Source: a virus (Duplodnaviria > Heunggongvirae > Uroviricota > Caudoviricetes). Taken from it: a stretch of DNA of 64,000 nt. Where the stretch lies: IMG/VR virus record IMGVR_UViG_3300005253_000053. The stretch is one strand, 5' to 3'. Every line of letters starts with the position of its first letter. The stretch's first letter is position 1. Shown in pieces: positions 35,100-44,284 of the stretch. The notes under the pieces were generated by a model. The model had not been told where the DNA came from. It saw only the letters and a program-made list of their open reading frames with translations, and made no database searches. The translations under genes and the position numbers were made by a program.

Positions 35100-35401
35100 T
35101 CTACCGTACCAATGAAGCCAATGCCAGAAGGTTCCCTGACGGGATCGCGGGCACCCAGGCCCCGTGACACGCCGATTACGTTGGCTACTTCGAGACTCTC
35201 TGGGGTGCCCCGCCGTATGACGAGCCCGTCAAAGAAGTTGGACCTCGATACGTAGACCCGGTCCCCATCCTTGCCTCCCGGCTGAGTGTACCAAGAGCCG
35301 TCGAACTTGAACCGGCCTCCGTTCTTCAGGGTTCTCCAGCCGCTCCAGATTTCCCCTTCGCAGTAGCTGTCGTATTTAGAGACGGCCATCAGAGTCACCA
35401 C
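35096..35401 (-). CDS. hypothetical small protein
   Basis: 101 aa. Confidence 0.45.
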   Translation of the reverse strand: MVTLMAVSKYDSYCEGEIWSGWRTLKNGGRFKFDGSWYTQPGGKDGDRVYVSRSNFFDGLVIRRGTPESLEVANVIGVSRGLGARDPVREPSGIGFIGTVE

Positions 35402-35709
35402 GCAATGTCGATAGTTACGGTCACCTTAACCAGGGCTGGGACCCAGAGATAGGTGACGCCTTCACCTGCCTTAAAAAATACAAACGCAGTCCGAGACTCA
35501 TAATGCGCATTCCGTTCGTGCGCCGCCGGATTGAACGAGATATCCACCGTGTTCAGAAGCGTGAACATCCGGTAGGTGTGCGTACCGGGCATGACAGCGT
35601 GTACACCGACGTTGTCCGGAAACTCCTTGATGTACTTCTTGATCGGGAGCCACGCCACAACGTTCTTGTCCCGGTCGTAGTAGCCGATCTCCTGGTCACT
35701 GAATTTCAT
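35395..35709 (-). CDS. hypothetical small protein
   Basis: 104 aa. Confidence 0.45.
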   Translation of the reverse strand: MKFSDQEIGYYDRDKNVVAWLPIKKYIKEFPDNVGVHAVMPGTHTYRMFTLLNTVDISFNPAAHERNAHYESRTAFVFFKAGEGVTYLWVPALVKVTVTIDIAW

Positions 35710-35714
35710 CTAGG

Positions 35715-35969
35715 TTACCCCGCGTCAAACATGACGTCGCCGTTCGGACTCATCCGTCGCGGTTTGACGGCCTCGAAGTCCCCGTCGAAATCGAGGAAAT
35801 CAAACTTCGGTCGGAAGTCGCCGTCACCATCGGAGTAGATCGCCACCTCGCGACTGCTGCCGATGTTGCCCAGGTACTGCATGTGCTGAAGCATCGACAG
35901 GAAGTCCGGAACCCAGCGCCGACGACAAGTCATCTTGATCGTCACAGTCACATCTTCAGGAGTGGGCAT
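35715..35969 (-). CDS. hypothetical small acidic protein
   Basis: Start set at MPTPEDVTV (ATGA-coupled). The upstream part of the track ORF is an out-of-frame overlap. Confidence 0.4.
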   Translation of the reverse strand: MPTPEDVTVTIKMTCRRRWVPDFLSMLQHMQYLGNIGSSREVAIYSDGDGDFRPKFDFLDFDGDFEAVKPRRMSPNGDVMFDAG

Positions 35970-36241
35970 CAGTCCCTCGCCTTCTTGATTAGTTTCAACA
36001 GCGCCTTGCACCAGCCCATCCATTTGTCGAGACGTTCCTGGGCCTTCTCGATCTGCCACGGGCGGTTCACGTCCGCTGCCTTCGCGTTGTCGAGCCAGCC
36101 CTGAGACTTCGACACCATGCCATGGACGTACCGCATCAGCCCGTCGATGTCGTTCTGCGTCTGCGGCTTCCCGCAGTCCGGACAGTAGAGCGTCGTGCGG
36201 ACCCTGCCGCAGCACCGGTTCCTTGCGCGCTTGCGCACCAT
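35969..36241 (-). CDS. zinc-ribbon small protein
   Basis: Start set at MVRKRARNRCCGR...CPDCG. AAGGAGG upstream. Confidence 0.4.
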   Translation of the reverse strand: MVRKRARNRCCGRVRTTLYCPDCGKPQTQNDIDGLMRYVHGMVSKSQGWLDNAKAADVNRPWQIEKAQERLDKWMGWCKALLKLIKKARD

Positions 36242-36325
36242 CAGACTCGACCCGCCTCCTTGCAACCCTGGCAGTACGCCTTGCGTCGCTTCCAATCGAC
36301 GGACCAACCTTTACGCTGGGCCAGC

Positions 36326-36640
36326 CTAACACTCCTCCCGGTCGCCAGGAATGTCCAGAATTTCCAGGTCCGGGTCAGGCGTGGCGCACGCTTCGTCAAA
36401 ATCCTTTGCCGCCAGACTCAGCAGCCAGTCCAGAAATGACTCCGCGATGGGGTTTCCCCGAACCGCGTCGAGAATGTCGTACATGACCTCAGTGTGTTCC
36501 GGACCCGTGCGGAACGAGACGACCTTCATGTCGATGCCGAGCTTCCGGCACAGCGCAGCGCCCATGGCAACCATACGTTTGGCTTCGTCACTAGCCACTG
36601 TGTCCTGCCTCCCGTACGTACTTGGCGACGTCGTGCTCAA
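36326..36640 (-). CDS. hypothetical small protein
   Basis: 104 aa. Confidence 0.45.
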   Translation of the reverse strand: MSTTSPSTYGRQDTVASDEAKRMVAMGAALCRKLGIDMKVVSFRTGPEHTEVMYDILDAVRGNPIAESFLDWLLSLAAKDFDEACATPDPDLEILDIPGDREEC

Positions 36641-37613
36641 CCATCATCGCCACCAGATCCTCGAACGAAACGTCCGGTCGCCACTGCAAGACCATACGGG
36701 CCTTGGTCGGATTTGCGTGCAGGACGTGAACTTCCGCCGGGCGGAAGAACTCGGGGTCGATGACGATGTACTTCTCGTAGTCCAGATTGACCACTCCGAA
36801 GGCGGCCTTCACGAAATCTCGAACTGAGTAGGTCTTGCCGGAGCCGACCACGTAGTCGTCAGGCTTCTCCTGCTGGAGCATCAGCCACATGGCCTTCACG
36901 TAGTCTCCGGCAAAGCCCCAGTCGCGCTTGGCGTCGAGATTCCCCAAGTGGAGTTTCTCCGCCTTACCTAGACTAATGGCCGCCGCGCCCCTCGTGATCT
37001 TTCGAGTCACGAACTCCACGCCCCGACGAGGGCTCTCATGGTTGAACAGGATGCCCGAACACGCGAACAGTTTGTAGGCTTGTCGGTACATGCGGGTGAA
37101 CTGGAAGCCTGCCACCTTGCTGATCGCGTAGGGTGATTGGGGATCGAGCGGTGTCTCCTCACTTTGTGGGGCGTCGGTCGAAGCGTTCCCGAACATCTCA
37201 CTCGTGCCTGCAAAGTAGAAACGACAGTCCGGTGCGAGATGCCGCAAAGCCTCCAACAGATGCAATGTGCCGACGGCGTTGATCTGGAACGTATCGAACG
37301 GAGAGTCGAACGACTCCTTGACGAAGCTCTGGGCTCCGAGATGGTAGCACTCGTCCGGCATCACGTTCCGCACCACGTCGAATACGCTGGCGTAGACCTG
37401 CAAATCTCCGCTGTGCAACACCAGATCGTTCGCAATGTGGTGGATGCGACCTGCCCGATCTGCCGGGTCTTCGACAGCCGCTCTCCTGACGAGCCCGTGA
37501 ACTTCGTAGCCCTTCTCCAGCAGAAGCTCAGACAGATACGATCCATCCTGCCCCGTGATTCCAGTAATGAATGCTCTCATGGTCGGCCCCAGCCCCTTCG
37601 GCCATCCGGTCAC
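36591..37613 (-). CDS. gmd: GDP-mannose 4,6-dehydratase
   Basis: MRAFITGITGQDGSYLSELLLEKGYEVHGLVRR..., PYAISK, NHESPRRG, DYVVGSG..SVRDFV, FRPAEV are collinear with E. coli Gmd. The start may be at MRAF (37577). Confidence 0.85.
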   Translation of the reverse strand: MTGWPKGLGPTMRAFITGITGQDGSYLSELLLEKGYEVHGLVRRAAVEDPADRAGRIHHIANDLVLHSGDLQVYASVFDVVRNVMPDECYHLGAQSFVKESFDSPFDTFQINAVGTLHLLEALRHLAPDCRFYFAGTSEMFGNASTDAPQSEETPLDPQSPYAISKVAGFQFTRMYRQAYKLFACSGILFNHESPRRGVEFVTRKITRGAAAISLGKAEKLHLGNLDAKRDWGFAGDYVKAMWLMLQQEKPDDYVVGSGKTYSVRDFVKAAFGVVNLDYEKYIVIDPEFFRPAEVHVLHANPTKARMVLQWRPDVSFEDLVAMMVEHDVAKYVREAGHSG

Positions 37614-37936
37614 CCCGGCGGCATGTCGTCCGGCTCTCCAGTGTTTAGATCGAGGTGCTCGCCTTCGCCCTCATCTGGATACTCGGACAGACCCGCAGTC
37701 CCATGGACGCGCAGATCGGTTTCGTGGACCAGCTTGTAGAACTCCGCCCACATCGACTCCTCGTACTCCTCGGCCGACATGTCGTCAGGCGGAGCGGTCT
37801 GAGCCCCGATCTTCTGATTCGGCGTGCCGGTCTTCTCGTCGTGGTAATCCGCGAAGGCACGCAGCGCCTCGCTGAGACCGCCCTCGAAATCGTCGGGCAG
37901 TCTGAAGTACAGCATGCCGAAGTGAAGGATCTTCAT
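37610..37936 (-). CDS. hypothetical acidic protein
   Basis: Start set at MKILHFGMLYF (shares one nucleotide with the upstream stop), 108 aa. Confidence 0.45.
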   Translation of the reverse strand: MKILHFGMLYFRLPDDFEGGLSEALRAFADYHDEKTGTPNQKIGAQTAPPDDMSAEEYEESMWAEFYKLVHETDLRVHGTAGLSEYPDEGEGEHLDLNTGEPDDMPPG

Positions 37937-38229
37937 CACGCCTTCTCCAGGTTCATCAGCATCTCGATGGCCTCGCTCAGCAGCGACCTCGGGATCGACG
38001 TATCTTCCCACCAGCCGTCTGCATCCTCCAGCATCGACACGCCCAGCACAAAGCCGTTTGGCTCGCCCCGGGTGAGGCAGGGCCTCGGGTAGGTGCCAAT
38101 AGACAGCAGCGGCCACTCCGCGTCGCTTGGACGGTAGATCCGCTTCTCCAACATCTGGTCGAGTGACTTCACCGGCCGGGCCAGGATGTCCAGGTCCTCA
38201 ACTTTGACGCGGGTCCACTCGATGCTCAT
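37936..38229 (-). CDS. hypothetical small protein
   Basis: Starts at the class A motif ATG (MSIEWTRVKVEDL). Confidence 0.4.
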   Translation of the reverse strand: MSIEWTRVKVEDLDILARPVKSLDQMLEKRIYRPSDAEWPLLSIGTYPRPCLTRGEPNGFVLGVSMLEDADGWWEDTSIPRSLLSEAIEMLMNLEKA

Positions 38230-38262
38230 ACCCATGTTATCGGGACGGAGGGGCTATTCGGG
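38227..38262 (-). promoter_or_regulatory. class A promoter motif (degenerate)
   Basis: plus: catacccatgttatcgggacggaggggctattcggg. Confidence 0.45.
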
Positions 38263-38271
38263 CAGGTAAAT

Positions 38272-38787
38272 TTACACGGCGGCTTTTCTACCTCGCTTTC
38301 GCTTGGCCTTGATACGGTCGATGGCGTCGAAAACGATCCGAAGCTCATCGAGGTGCTTCCAGCGTTCGCGCCACTGCTCGGCCTCCTGCAACGCAATTGC
38401 CAACAGGTTCGCGCGCCGATCCGCGTCGCTGAGGATCTCCACGGTGGGAAAGTACGCCCCGCCCTGGGACGTGGGATTCTCCGTGTAGAACGCGCGCACG
38501 ACTGTGGGCTCCTGCTTCCCCATGGGCTTGCGGTAGATCGTGACTTCGATGTTCCGGATGAGGAGCCGCGCCTGCTCCAAGCGATGATCGTTGGCTGCGC
38601 TATGATTATCCCAAGTGAAGAAACTGTGCATCGGACTCTTCTTCGCGTGTGCTCGTCGCAGAACCTCCTCGGGGAGAATCCCGCCCTCGTCTTTCCGGAT
38701 GGTTTCGAGTTCCTGACCGATGTCGTTGGCCAGCGCTTTCTGTACCTTCGTGTACCGAGATCCCTTTTTGAAATTGTACTTCGCCAT
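38272..38787 (-). CDS. hypothetical protein
   Basis: Start set at MAKYNFKKG (GGAGG 7 nt upstream), 171 aa. Confidence 0.45.
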   Translation of the reverse strand: MAKYNFKKGSRYTKVQKALANDIGQELETIRKDEGGILPEEVLRRAHAKKSPMHSFFTWDNHSAANDHRLEQARLLIRNIEVTIYRKPMGKQEPTVVRAFYTENPTSQGGAYFPTVEILSDADRRANLLAIALQEAEQWRERWKHLDELRIVFDAIDRIKAKRKRGRKAAV

Positions 38788-38852
38788 GATGACCTCCAGG
38801 AAAAAGTTGGAGGGAGGACCCCTCCATGGAGCCCTCCCTCGCAACCAAGAAA

Positions 38853-39079
38853 CTACCCAGCCGCAGCGCTGTGCGACTTACGTGTCTTGCCGCCGCTGGC
38901 GACCTGGAAGCCGCCCCACGTGCCGCCCTTCTCCGTACGCCATTCGCCGAGGCCGACGGAGATACCCGCTTCCGCCAGCAAGTTCACGATGGTCGTCTCG
39001 TCGATACGATCCGCGTTGAACAGGATCGACACATTGGTCTTCCATCCCGCAGGGAACTCCCCTCGGTAGCGAAGATCCA
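38853..39079 (-). CDS. hypothetical small protein
   Basis: MDLRYRGEFPAGW..., start uncertain. Confidence 0.3.
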
Positions 39080-39180
39080 TTGGACGTGCCGGGCCTACCG
39101 ATCCATGCCTAACTGCCACTTCTGTCAAACCAACCCTCAACGCTGGAGACACAGCGCTGCCTACCCAACCCAAATTCAGA

Positions 39181-39672
39181 TCATTCCCCTTCCGGCGGAA
39201 TAATGGCGGCTATCAACATCTCTCCAAGTTTTGGCCAGTACTCCTTAAATTTGGAGCCGCCTTTGATATACGTTATCCTGTAGCCACTATCCTCAGCCGA
39301 GTTCGTAGGCCCATTTTTAATGGCGACCCACCCATGCGCCTCCCAGCACTTCAACACCTCGACACGCTGCAAAGTTCGCAACTCAAACTCCGCCACGGCC
39401 AACTGATTGTGGCTGAAGTAGCAGTCGTTATCTTCGCGCCACAGGCAAGTTCGTTTGATGACGTCCAGGATGACGTTCTCTCTCAGCATTCCAACCAAGA
39501 GAGGCATTGCCATAAGACTGGTCAGGATATCGATCTGCTGCTGCTTGTCTGTTGTGAATTTGTGCTCCGCCAAGATATCCAACACAGCGCGAGTCAGACT
39601 CAACGCAGCGAGCCGACGCGTAGAGCCGCTGTTCAGAGGGACCTTGGTAACCGTGATACTGTCTCTACCCAT
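39181..39672 (-). CDS. hypothetical protein, paralog of 46126..46608
   Basis: EVLKCWEAHGWVAIKNG...EYWPKLGEMLIAAIIP matches EVLKYWESKGWVELHAK...EYWPKLLEMLRAVTLP. Starts at the class A motif ATG. Confidence 0.5.
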   Translation of the reverse strand: MGRDSITVTKVPLNSGSTRRLAALSLTRAVLDILAEHKFTTDKQQQIDILTSLMAMPLLVGMLRENVILDVIKRTCLWREDNDCYFSHNQLAVAEFELRTLQRVEVLKCWEAHGWVAIKNGPTNSAEDSGYRITYIKGGSKFKEYWPKLGEMLIAAIIPPEGE

Positions 39673-39705
39673 AATAATATCATCGGATTGGCCGAGCATC
39701 CTGCT
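39670..39705 (-). promoter_or_regulatory. class A promoter motif
   Basis: plus: cataataatatcatcggattggccgagcatcc. Confidence 0.5.
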
Positions 39706-39749
39706 CAGACCAAATCCGAAAAATATTTGGAGACCGCTGAATTTTAGGA

Positions 39750-40142
39750 TCAGCGCAACCTGCGCCCGGTGCCGCCACGGTCCAGTTCTCCCCAGGGGAA
39801 GTACCAGATCTCGAAGTCGTCCGGGAGGTGCTCCGCCAGCCGCTTCGCGACGTGATTTGCCTTCCGGGCGGCCATACGCTGCTCGAAAGCCCACGGCGTG
39901 AGGCTGGCCATGCGCTTCGTAACGTCGATGCGCCCGGCAAACTGCGGGGGTCCTTCCATGCCAACGTCGAGGTGGTAGGTGTCCGGATCGACACCTTCCT
40001 GGCTGGCGAAGCTGAACTGACCATCTGACCACTTCCAGGCGTCGAAGTCCTTGGAGCCGCTGCGGTAGTGGCCGATGTCGGTGTAGTGCTGAGGAGCGGC
40101 CTCGCAGAGCAGCTTACGGATGACTTGGCGGGTGGAGTCCAT
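39750..40142 (-). CDS. MDxTRxAIRxxLxE-tagged protein (candidate packaged internal protein)
   Basis: MDSTRQVIRKLLCEA... The C-terminal module (EGVDP..H....F.GR.D....AARKA..V.KRL...P....WYF) is shared with 40142..41107. Confidence 0.6.
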   Translation of the reverse strand: MDSTRQVIRKLLCEAAPQHYTDIGHYRSGSKDFDAWKWSDGQFSFASQEGVDPDTYHLDVGMEGPPQFAGRIDVTKRMASLTPWAFEQRMAARKANHVAKRLAEHLPDDFEIWYFPWGELDRGGTGRRLR

Positions 40143-41107
40143 CAGTACATTCTCTGCCCAGGCCTGCCGCGTTGCTGCCCGCTGAAGTACCAGACCGCCT
40201 CGACCTCGGGGAACCGGTCGACGAGCCGCTTCACGACGACCTTCGCTTTCCGTGCAGCGATGGGATTGTCGAGCAGGTCCCAGGCCGTGATGCTGGCCTC
40301 GCGCCGCTGAGGGTCGTAGCGTCCGCCGAAGTCAGGAGCGCCCTGAGTGTCGTAAATCAGGTTGTGGAACTTGTTCGGATCGACGCCTTCATCGCTGGCA
40401 ACGCGCAGCCGACCTTCGTCCCAGATCCACGCGTCGGTACCTTCGCCGTGGCCGACGGTGAGGTAGTTGGCGGGGGCTTCGTCCAGGACCGCCTCGGCCC
40501 GGACCAGGGATTTGTCCTGGATCTCGTAGCCCTCAACGGCACCGACGTTCGCATAGTCGAAGCCTTGCAGGACCGCAACTTTCTGTTCGGCGAACCGACC
40601 GTGGACGATGTAGTAGGCAGCCTGCCCAACGACCTCGGTGAACAGCGCAGGCCGGGCTTCCACGGTAGCCAGCTTGGCGTGCGTGTTGTACGCGGCGAGT
40701 TCCCCACGGAGTGTGAACGGCTGACCGCGGGCGATGTGCGTGAAGTAATCGTGGACGGTCCGGAATAGCAGATTGTCCTCGACGCTGAAGACCGGGTGCT
40801 CAGAATCTCCGCTGTAGATTTTTAGAACGCCTGTCTCGCGGAAGTCCCGCTGCATTTCTTCAGACGACTCGTACGGGTCCTCGTCCGTGTACTCGACACG
40901 GGACCGGCCCAGGAACCGGCGAAACAGAATTTTGTTGCTGCTGTTGAGCGCCTCCCAGTGGCGGGCCGCGTCCGGGTCGTAACTGGGAGCCTCCTCGTAG
41001 GCGTCAGCGACGAGCCGCGCGTACTCGTTAAAATCTTTAAGTTCGAGCTTCTCGCGCACGTCCGCTTCGAGAAGCAGCTTCCGGATGGCTGTGCGGGTAG
41101 CGTCCAT
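40142..41107 (-). CDS. MDxTRxAIRxxLxE-tagged protein, 321 aa
   Basis: MDATRTAIRKLLLEA... Its C-terminal ~70 aa are paralogous to 39750..40142. ATGA-coupled. Confidence 0.6.
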   Translation of the reverse strand: MDATRTAIRKLLLEADVREKLELKDFNEYARLVADAYEEAPSYDPDAARHWEALNSSNKILFRRFLGRSRVEYTDEDPYESSEEMQRDFRETGVLKIYSGDSEHPVFSVEDNLLFRTVHDYFTHIARGQPFTLRGELAAYNTHAKLATVEARPALFTEVVGQAAYYIVHGRFAEQKVAVLQGFDYANVGAVEGYEIQDKSLVRAEAVLDEAPANYLTVGHGEGTDAWIWDEGRLRVASDEGVDPNKFHNLIYDTQGAPDFGGRYDPQRREASITAWDLLDNPIAARKAKVVVKRLVDRFPEVEAVWYFSGQQRGRPGQRMY

Positions 41108-41481
41108 CAGATCTTCACGTCCTTCCGCAACGAAATGTGGACACCGGGGTTGATCTCGTCCAGCTTCAACCTGAGCTTGATGACCTCGACCTGATGCGGC
41201 CTGAGATTACGATCCCGCGCGGCGTAGAACGCGGCGTCCTTCGGGCTGTCAGCAACATACGTACCTGCCCGCAGAACGTCGTAATCACTGCGCTTCGGAC
41301 GACCGTGATACAGTTCGACGGTCCCATCGAGCAGGATCGGGATGCCGTGGCGCTCCAGGTACTCGCCTACGGTTTCCTTGCCGAGAACCGGGTGGTCGAG
41401 CCAGACGCGGTTCAGACCCCCCTCGTCGTCGGCATCAGCCTCGTAGAGGATCTTCCGGATGGCTTGGCGGGTGGCGTCCAT
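41107..41481 (-). CDS. MDxTRxAIRxxLxE-tagged protein, 124 aa
   Basis: MDATRQAIRKILYEA... Confidence 0.6.
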   Translation of the reverse strand: MDATRQAIRKILYEADADDEGGLNRVWLDHPVLGKETVGEYLERHGIPILLDGTVELYHGRPKRSDYDVLRAGTYVADSPKDAAFYAARDRNLRPHQVEVIKLRLKLDEINPGVHISLRKDVKI

Positions 41482-41957
41482 CAGCGGCCCTCGATCTTGT
41501 CCGCGACGTTCACCATCTGCGAGAGCATGTTCCGGTAGCCGCCGCCGTGTTCGATGTTGGGGACGTCCGCGCTGTGAACCGCATCGATCTCGGTCTCACC
41601 GCGCTGAAGCGCCTCAATCGCCCGGTGGTGACCGTCCAGTATGAACCAGGCAGCGCGCTTTTCGAGCTTGCTGACCAGGAGCGGACTCTTAGCAGCATGG
41701 TAGGATAACTCCCCTTTCTCGATTTCACTGAAGGTTTTATCAATCTTCGGTTCCCAGGCGTACAGGCTGCGCAGCCGGACGCGCCAGGGTTTTCCCTTGA
41801 TCGCGGCCTCAGCCAACAGACGCTTCACAAGATCGGGTGGGTAGCCCCGGTCAGAGCAGCCAGGAGGGGGTGCGGAGATCGAGCCGTCGCCGACCTGTTG
41901 GAAGACGCCGCGACCCTCGTTGAGGATGGAGCGAATGGCTTTGCGGGTGGGGTCCAT
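41481..41957 (-). CDS. MDxTRxAIRxxLxE-tagged ParB-like nuclease domain protein
   Basis: MDPTRKAIRSILNEG... plus AAWFILDGHHRAIEAL (ParB/Srx DGHHR motif). Confidence 0.65.
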   Translation of the reverse strand: MDPTRKAIRSILNEGRGVFQQVGDGSISAPPPGCSDRGYPPDLVKRLLAEAAIKGKPWRVRLRSLYAWEPKIDKTFSEIEKGELSYHAAKSPLLVSKLEKRAAWFILDGHHRAIEALQRGETEIDAVHSADVPNIEHGGGYRNMLSQMVNVADKIEGR

Positions 41958-42026
41958 CAGTCGTTTAGCATCCGCCGGGATTGTCCTCGTGGAATGAACT
42001 CGTCAGGTCGGCGTAGTGCATCGCAG

Positions 42027-42464
42027 TCAGTCTTCCTTGCCACCGCATACGAGGGCGTTGTAGGTCAGCGCCACAGTCAGCAGGTTGTTGTGCTCGTAGG
42101 ACAGCTTGGGGATCTCCAGCGACCGGAGGGTCATCTGCGGCTCGCCGTCGATGTAGAGCATCCATCGGCCGGTGCGCACCGGCTCCCAGTCCGGGGAGTC
42201 CGGGCTGGTCTCGATGAGGTCGTTGCCGTCCCGGTCGAGGAACTTCAGCACCATCTCGGGGACACGGCTCAGCAGGATCTGCCGGAACGAGACGGGCACC
42301 TCGAAGGCGACCCCCTCGTCGCGCATGTACTGGAGGACTTTCTCAGTGGCCTCTTCACCGATCCGGTCAGCGAGGTTCTGCGCCCACGGGTGGTCCATGG
42401 TCATCAGGTCGTAGGGCGCAGCGTCGAGGATCTGGAAGACGTTGCTGGGCTTCGGGAAGGGCAT
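42027..42464 (-). CDS. hypothetical protein
   Basis: 145 aa. Confidence 0.5.
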   Translation of the reverse strand: MPFPKPSNVFQILDAAPYDLMTMDHPWAQNLADRIGEEATEKVLQYMRDEGVAFEVPVSFRQILLSRVPEMVLKFLDRDGNDLIETSPDSPDWEPVRTGRWMLYIDGEPQMTLRSLEIPKLSYEHNNLLTVALTYNALVCGGKED

Positions 42465-42530
42465 GGCAGGTCTCCTGGTAGGTGGCAGATAGTATACCCG
42501 ACCACCGGACAGGAGGCCAACAGTCAGATA

Positions 42531-43109
42531 TCAGGTCCCGATCTGGTCGGCGTCCACGTACTTGACCTGCTGTCCGCAGCCGATGCAACGGTCGAGCATC
42601 TCGATCCGTCCGTCGTCATCCCGGCGGAGCAGCAGTGTGCCCACCACGCAGAACGGACACTCCCGCGAGAACGAGTCTGCCCGCACCGGCTCCAGGTCAG
42701 CGTAGTAGATCCGGAGGATAGGCTTCTCGATGTTACTTGGCTTCGTCGGCTCAAGTTTCGTCGAAATCAGCACCCGGCTGTAATAGTCGCCCCGGAACCC
42801 CTCAGAGTCGAAACGGGTCCGCTTGGGATCGATAGCATCCGTCGGGTCCATGTAACCCACCCGAGCGCCTGCGTCCTCCAGATGACCGCCGATGATACGA
42901 GCCAAGGTGGTCTTCCCGCAGCCGAGGATACCGCTCAAGGAGATCTCGACCATGCCGTGGCCTTCGACGTTGCAATCTTTCACGAGCGCATCCACCTTCT
43001 CGGCCATCTCCGGAGAGAAGACCTCGTTCCCACGAACAGTGCTCTCCAGGATCTCGTCCTGCGCGCCGTACACGCGGTCTACCAGCTTCTTCCTGTGATC
43101 GTCGTCCAT
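42531..43109 (-). CDS. P-loop nucleotide kinase-like protein with C-terminal zinc ribbon
   Basis: Walker A SGILGCGKTTLARII. CPFC...CIGCG. Possibly two genes, with the kinase starting at MVEISL (about 42953). Confidence 0.5.
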   Translation of the reverse strand: MDDDHRKKLVDRVYGAQDEILESTVRGNEVFSPEMAEKVDALVKDCNVEGHGMVEISLSGILGCGKTTLARIIGGHLEDAGARVGYMDPTDAIDPKRTRFDSEGFRGDYYSRVLISTKLEPTKPSNIEKPILRIYYADLEPVRADSFSRECPFCVVGTLLLRRDDDGRIEMLDRCIGCGQQVKYVDADQIGT

Positions 43110-43153
43110 CGCTACTCCAAGTTGATCGGATCTTCAAGGTCATTCATAGTCAG

Positions 43154-43642
43154 TTACTCCTCAAGAATCTCCGGGTCGTCCAGAACCAAGCCGACGGCGA
43201 CCCCGGCGGCCAGCCCCCACTTGAACTCGTCCATAAACTCAGGCATCTCAGCGTCACGCGCGAGAAGATCCGTCTGCGGGTACACCGCTTCAAGCGCATC
43301 GAACATCCGGATCATCGCCAAACTTTGCTTGGCGTCCGGCCCGTACAGCCCGATCCCGTTGAGGCTAAGGCGAACCATGTCGAGCGCAGCTTCGATGATG
43401 TGGGTAGTCGCCCTGTCCCCGTACTGCTCACGGAATGCCTGCATCGCCTTCTCAGCGACCTGGATTACCATCTTCTTCCCGCTGGTCAAGGTGACGATCC
43501 GGCACGTGGACGGCAGGACTAAGTTCCCGTCAGCGTCAAAAGATGACTGGTTGAGCTTGCAATCCCACAGAGCGATGATCCGCTCGAAGTCCTTCAGCGT
43601 GAAAGTGAGGGGGTTAGTGGTATCAGCCGCTGTACCGCTCAT
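43154..43642 (-). CDS. hypothetical protein
   Basis: 162 aa. Confidence 0.5.
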   Translation of the reverse strand: MSGTAADTTNPLTFTLKDFERIIALWDCKLNQSSFDADGNLVLPSTCRIVTLTSGKKMVIQVAEKAMQAFREQYGDRATTHIIEAALDMVRLSLNGIGLYGPDAKQSLAMIRMFDALEAVYPQTDLLARDAEMPEFMDEFKWGLAAGVAVGLVLDDPEILEE

Positions 43643-43821
43643 CGGGGTGTCTCCTTCTTCCTCAACGCCAGCATACCGCCCGTCGACGAGAGCAGAATCA
43701 GCATCGACGCTCCAAAGCCTGTGAGCAAGTGACTCTCCAACGACTGGCCCGTGGCTCCCAGGTACAGGAAGAACACGGCCATGAGCGTCAGCATGGTGAC
43801 GTTAATTTTGACCAGCAGCAT
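43639..43821 (-). CDS. small membrane protein (2 TM)
   Basis: Start set at MLLVKINVTMLTLMAVFFLYLG... GGAGG 5 nt upstream. Confidence 0.4.
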   Translation of the reverse strand: MLLVKINVTMLTLMAVFFLYLGATGQSLESHLLTGFGASMLILLSSTGGMLALRKKETPR

Positions 43822-44072
43822 CACGCCTCCAGTGGAATCGCCGGGACCCAGGCCCCATGACGGTGAGCCTCGGTATGGGAGCCGTCCGACTTGGCCAGAC
43901 GCTTCTCCCAGACCCGGATGGTGCGCTCCAGCAGCTTCTTGCCGCCCGCGTCCCATTGCCGGAGGCAGTCGACGGCACAGACGACCCCGCGCTCGTCGCC
44001 TTTGTACTCAGCGATCTTTTGGGCAAGATCAGCGATGGCGGCAGCCGGGTTTTTACCGAAACAGATTCTCAT
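43821..44072 (-). CDS. hypothetical small protein
   Basis: 83 aa, ATGA-coupled. Confidence 0.4.
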   Translation of the reverse strand: MRICFGKNPAAAIADLAQKIAEYKGDERGVVCAVDCLRQWDAGGKKLLERTIRVWEKRLAKSDGSHTEAHRHGAWVPAIPLEA

Positions 44073-44284
44073 CAGTCCTTCTCCATGTGCTCGCGGACAC
44101 TCAGTTCTTCTTTAAGCACGTCGTAGTGATCCTGCCACGTGGACGAGTCCTTCGTGAGAAGCTGCGCGGTGTCCACAGGGTTGTCCCAACTGGGATTCTC
44201 CCGGCACGCAAGCAGCCGTTTGCGATAGGCCAGCAGGCGAGGCGTAGTGAGTTTTTTGAGTTCGTCAGCCGTGAGGAGCTTCAT
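44072..44284 (-). CDS. hypothetical small protein
   Basis: Start set at MKLLTADELKK. ATGA-coupled. Confidence 0.4.
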   Translation of the reverse strand: MKLLTADELKKLTTPRLLAYRKRLLACRENPSWDNPVDTAQLLTKDSSTWQDHYDVLKEELSVREHMEKD

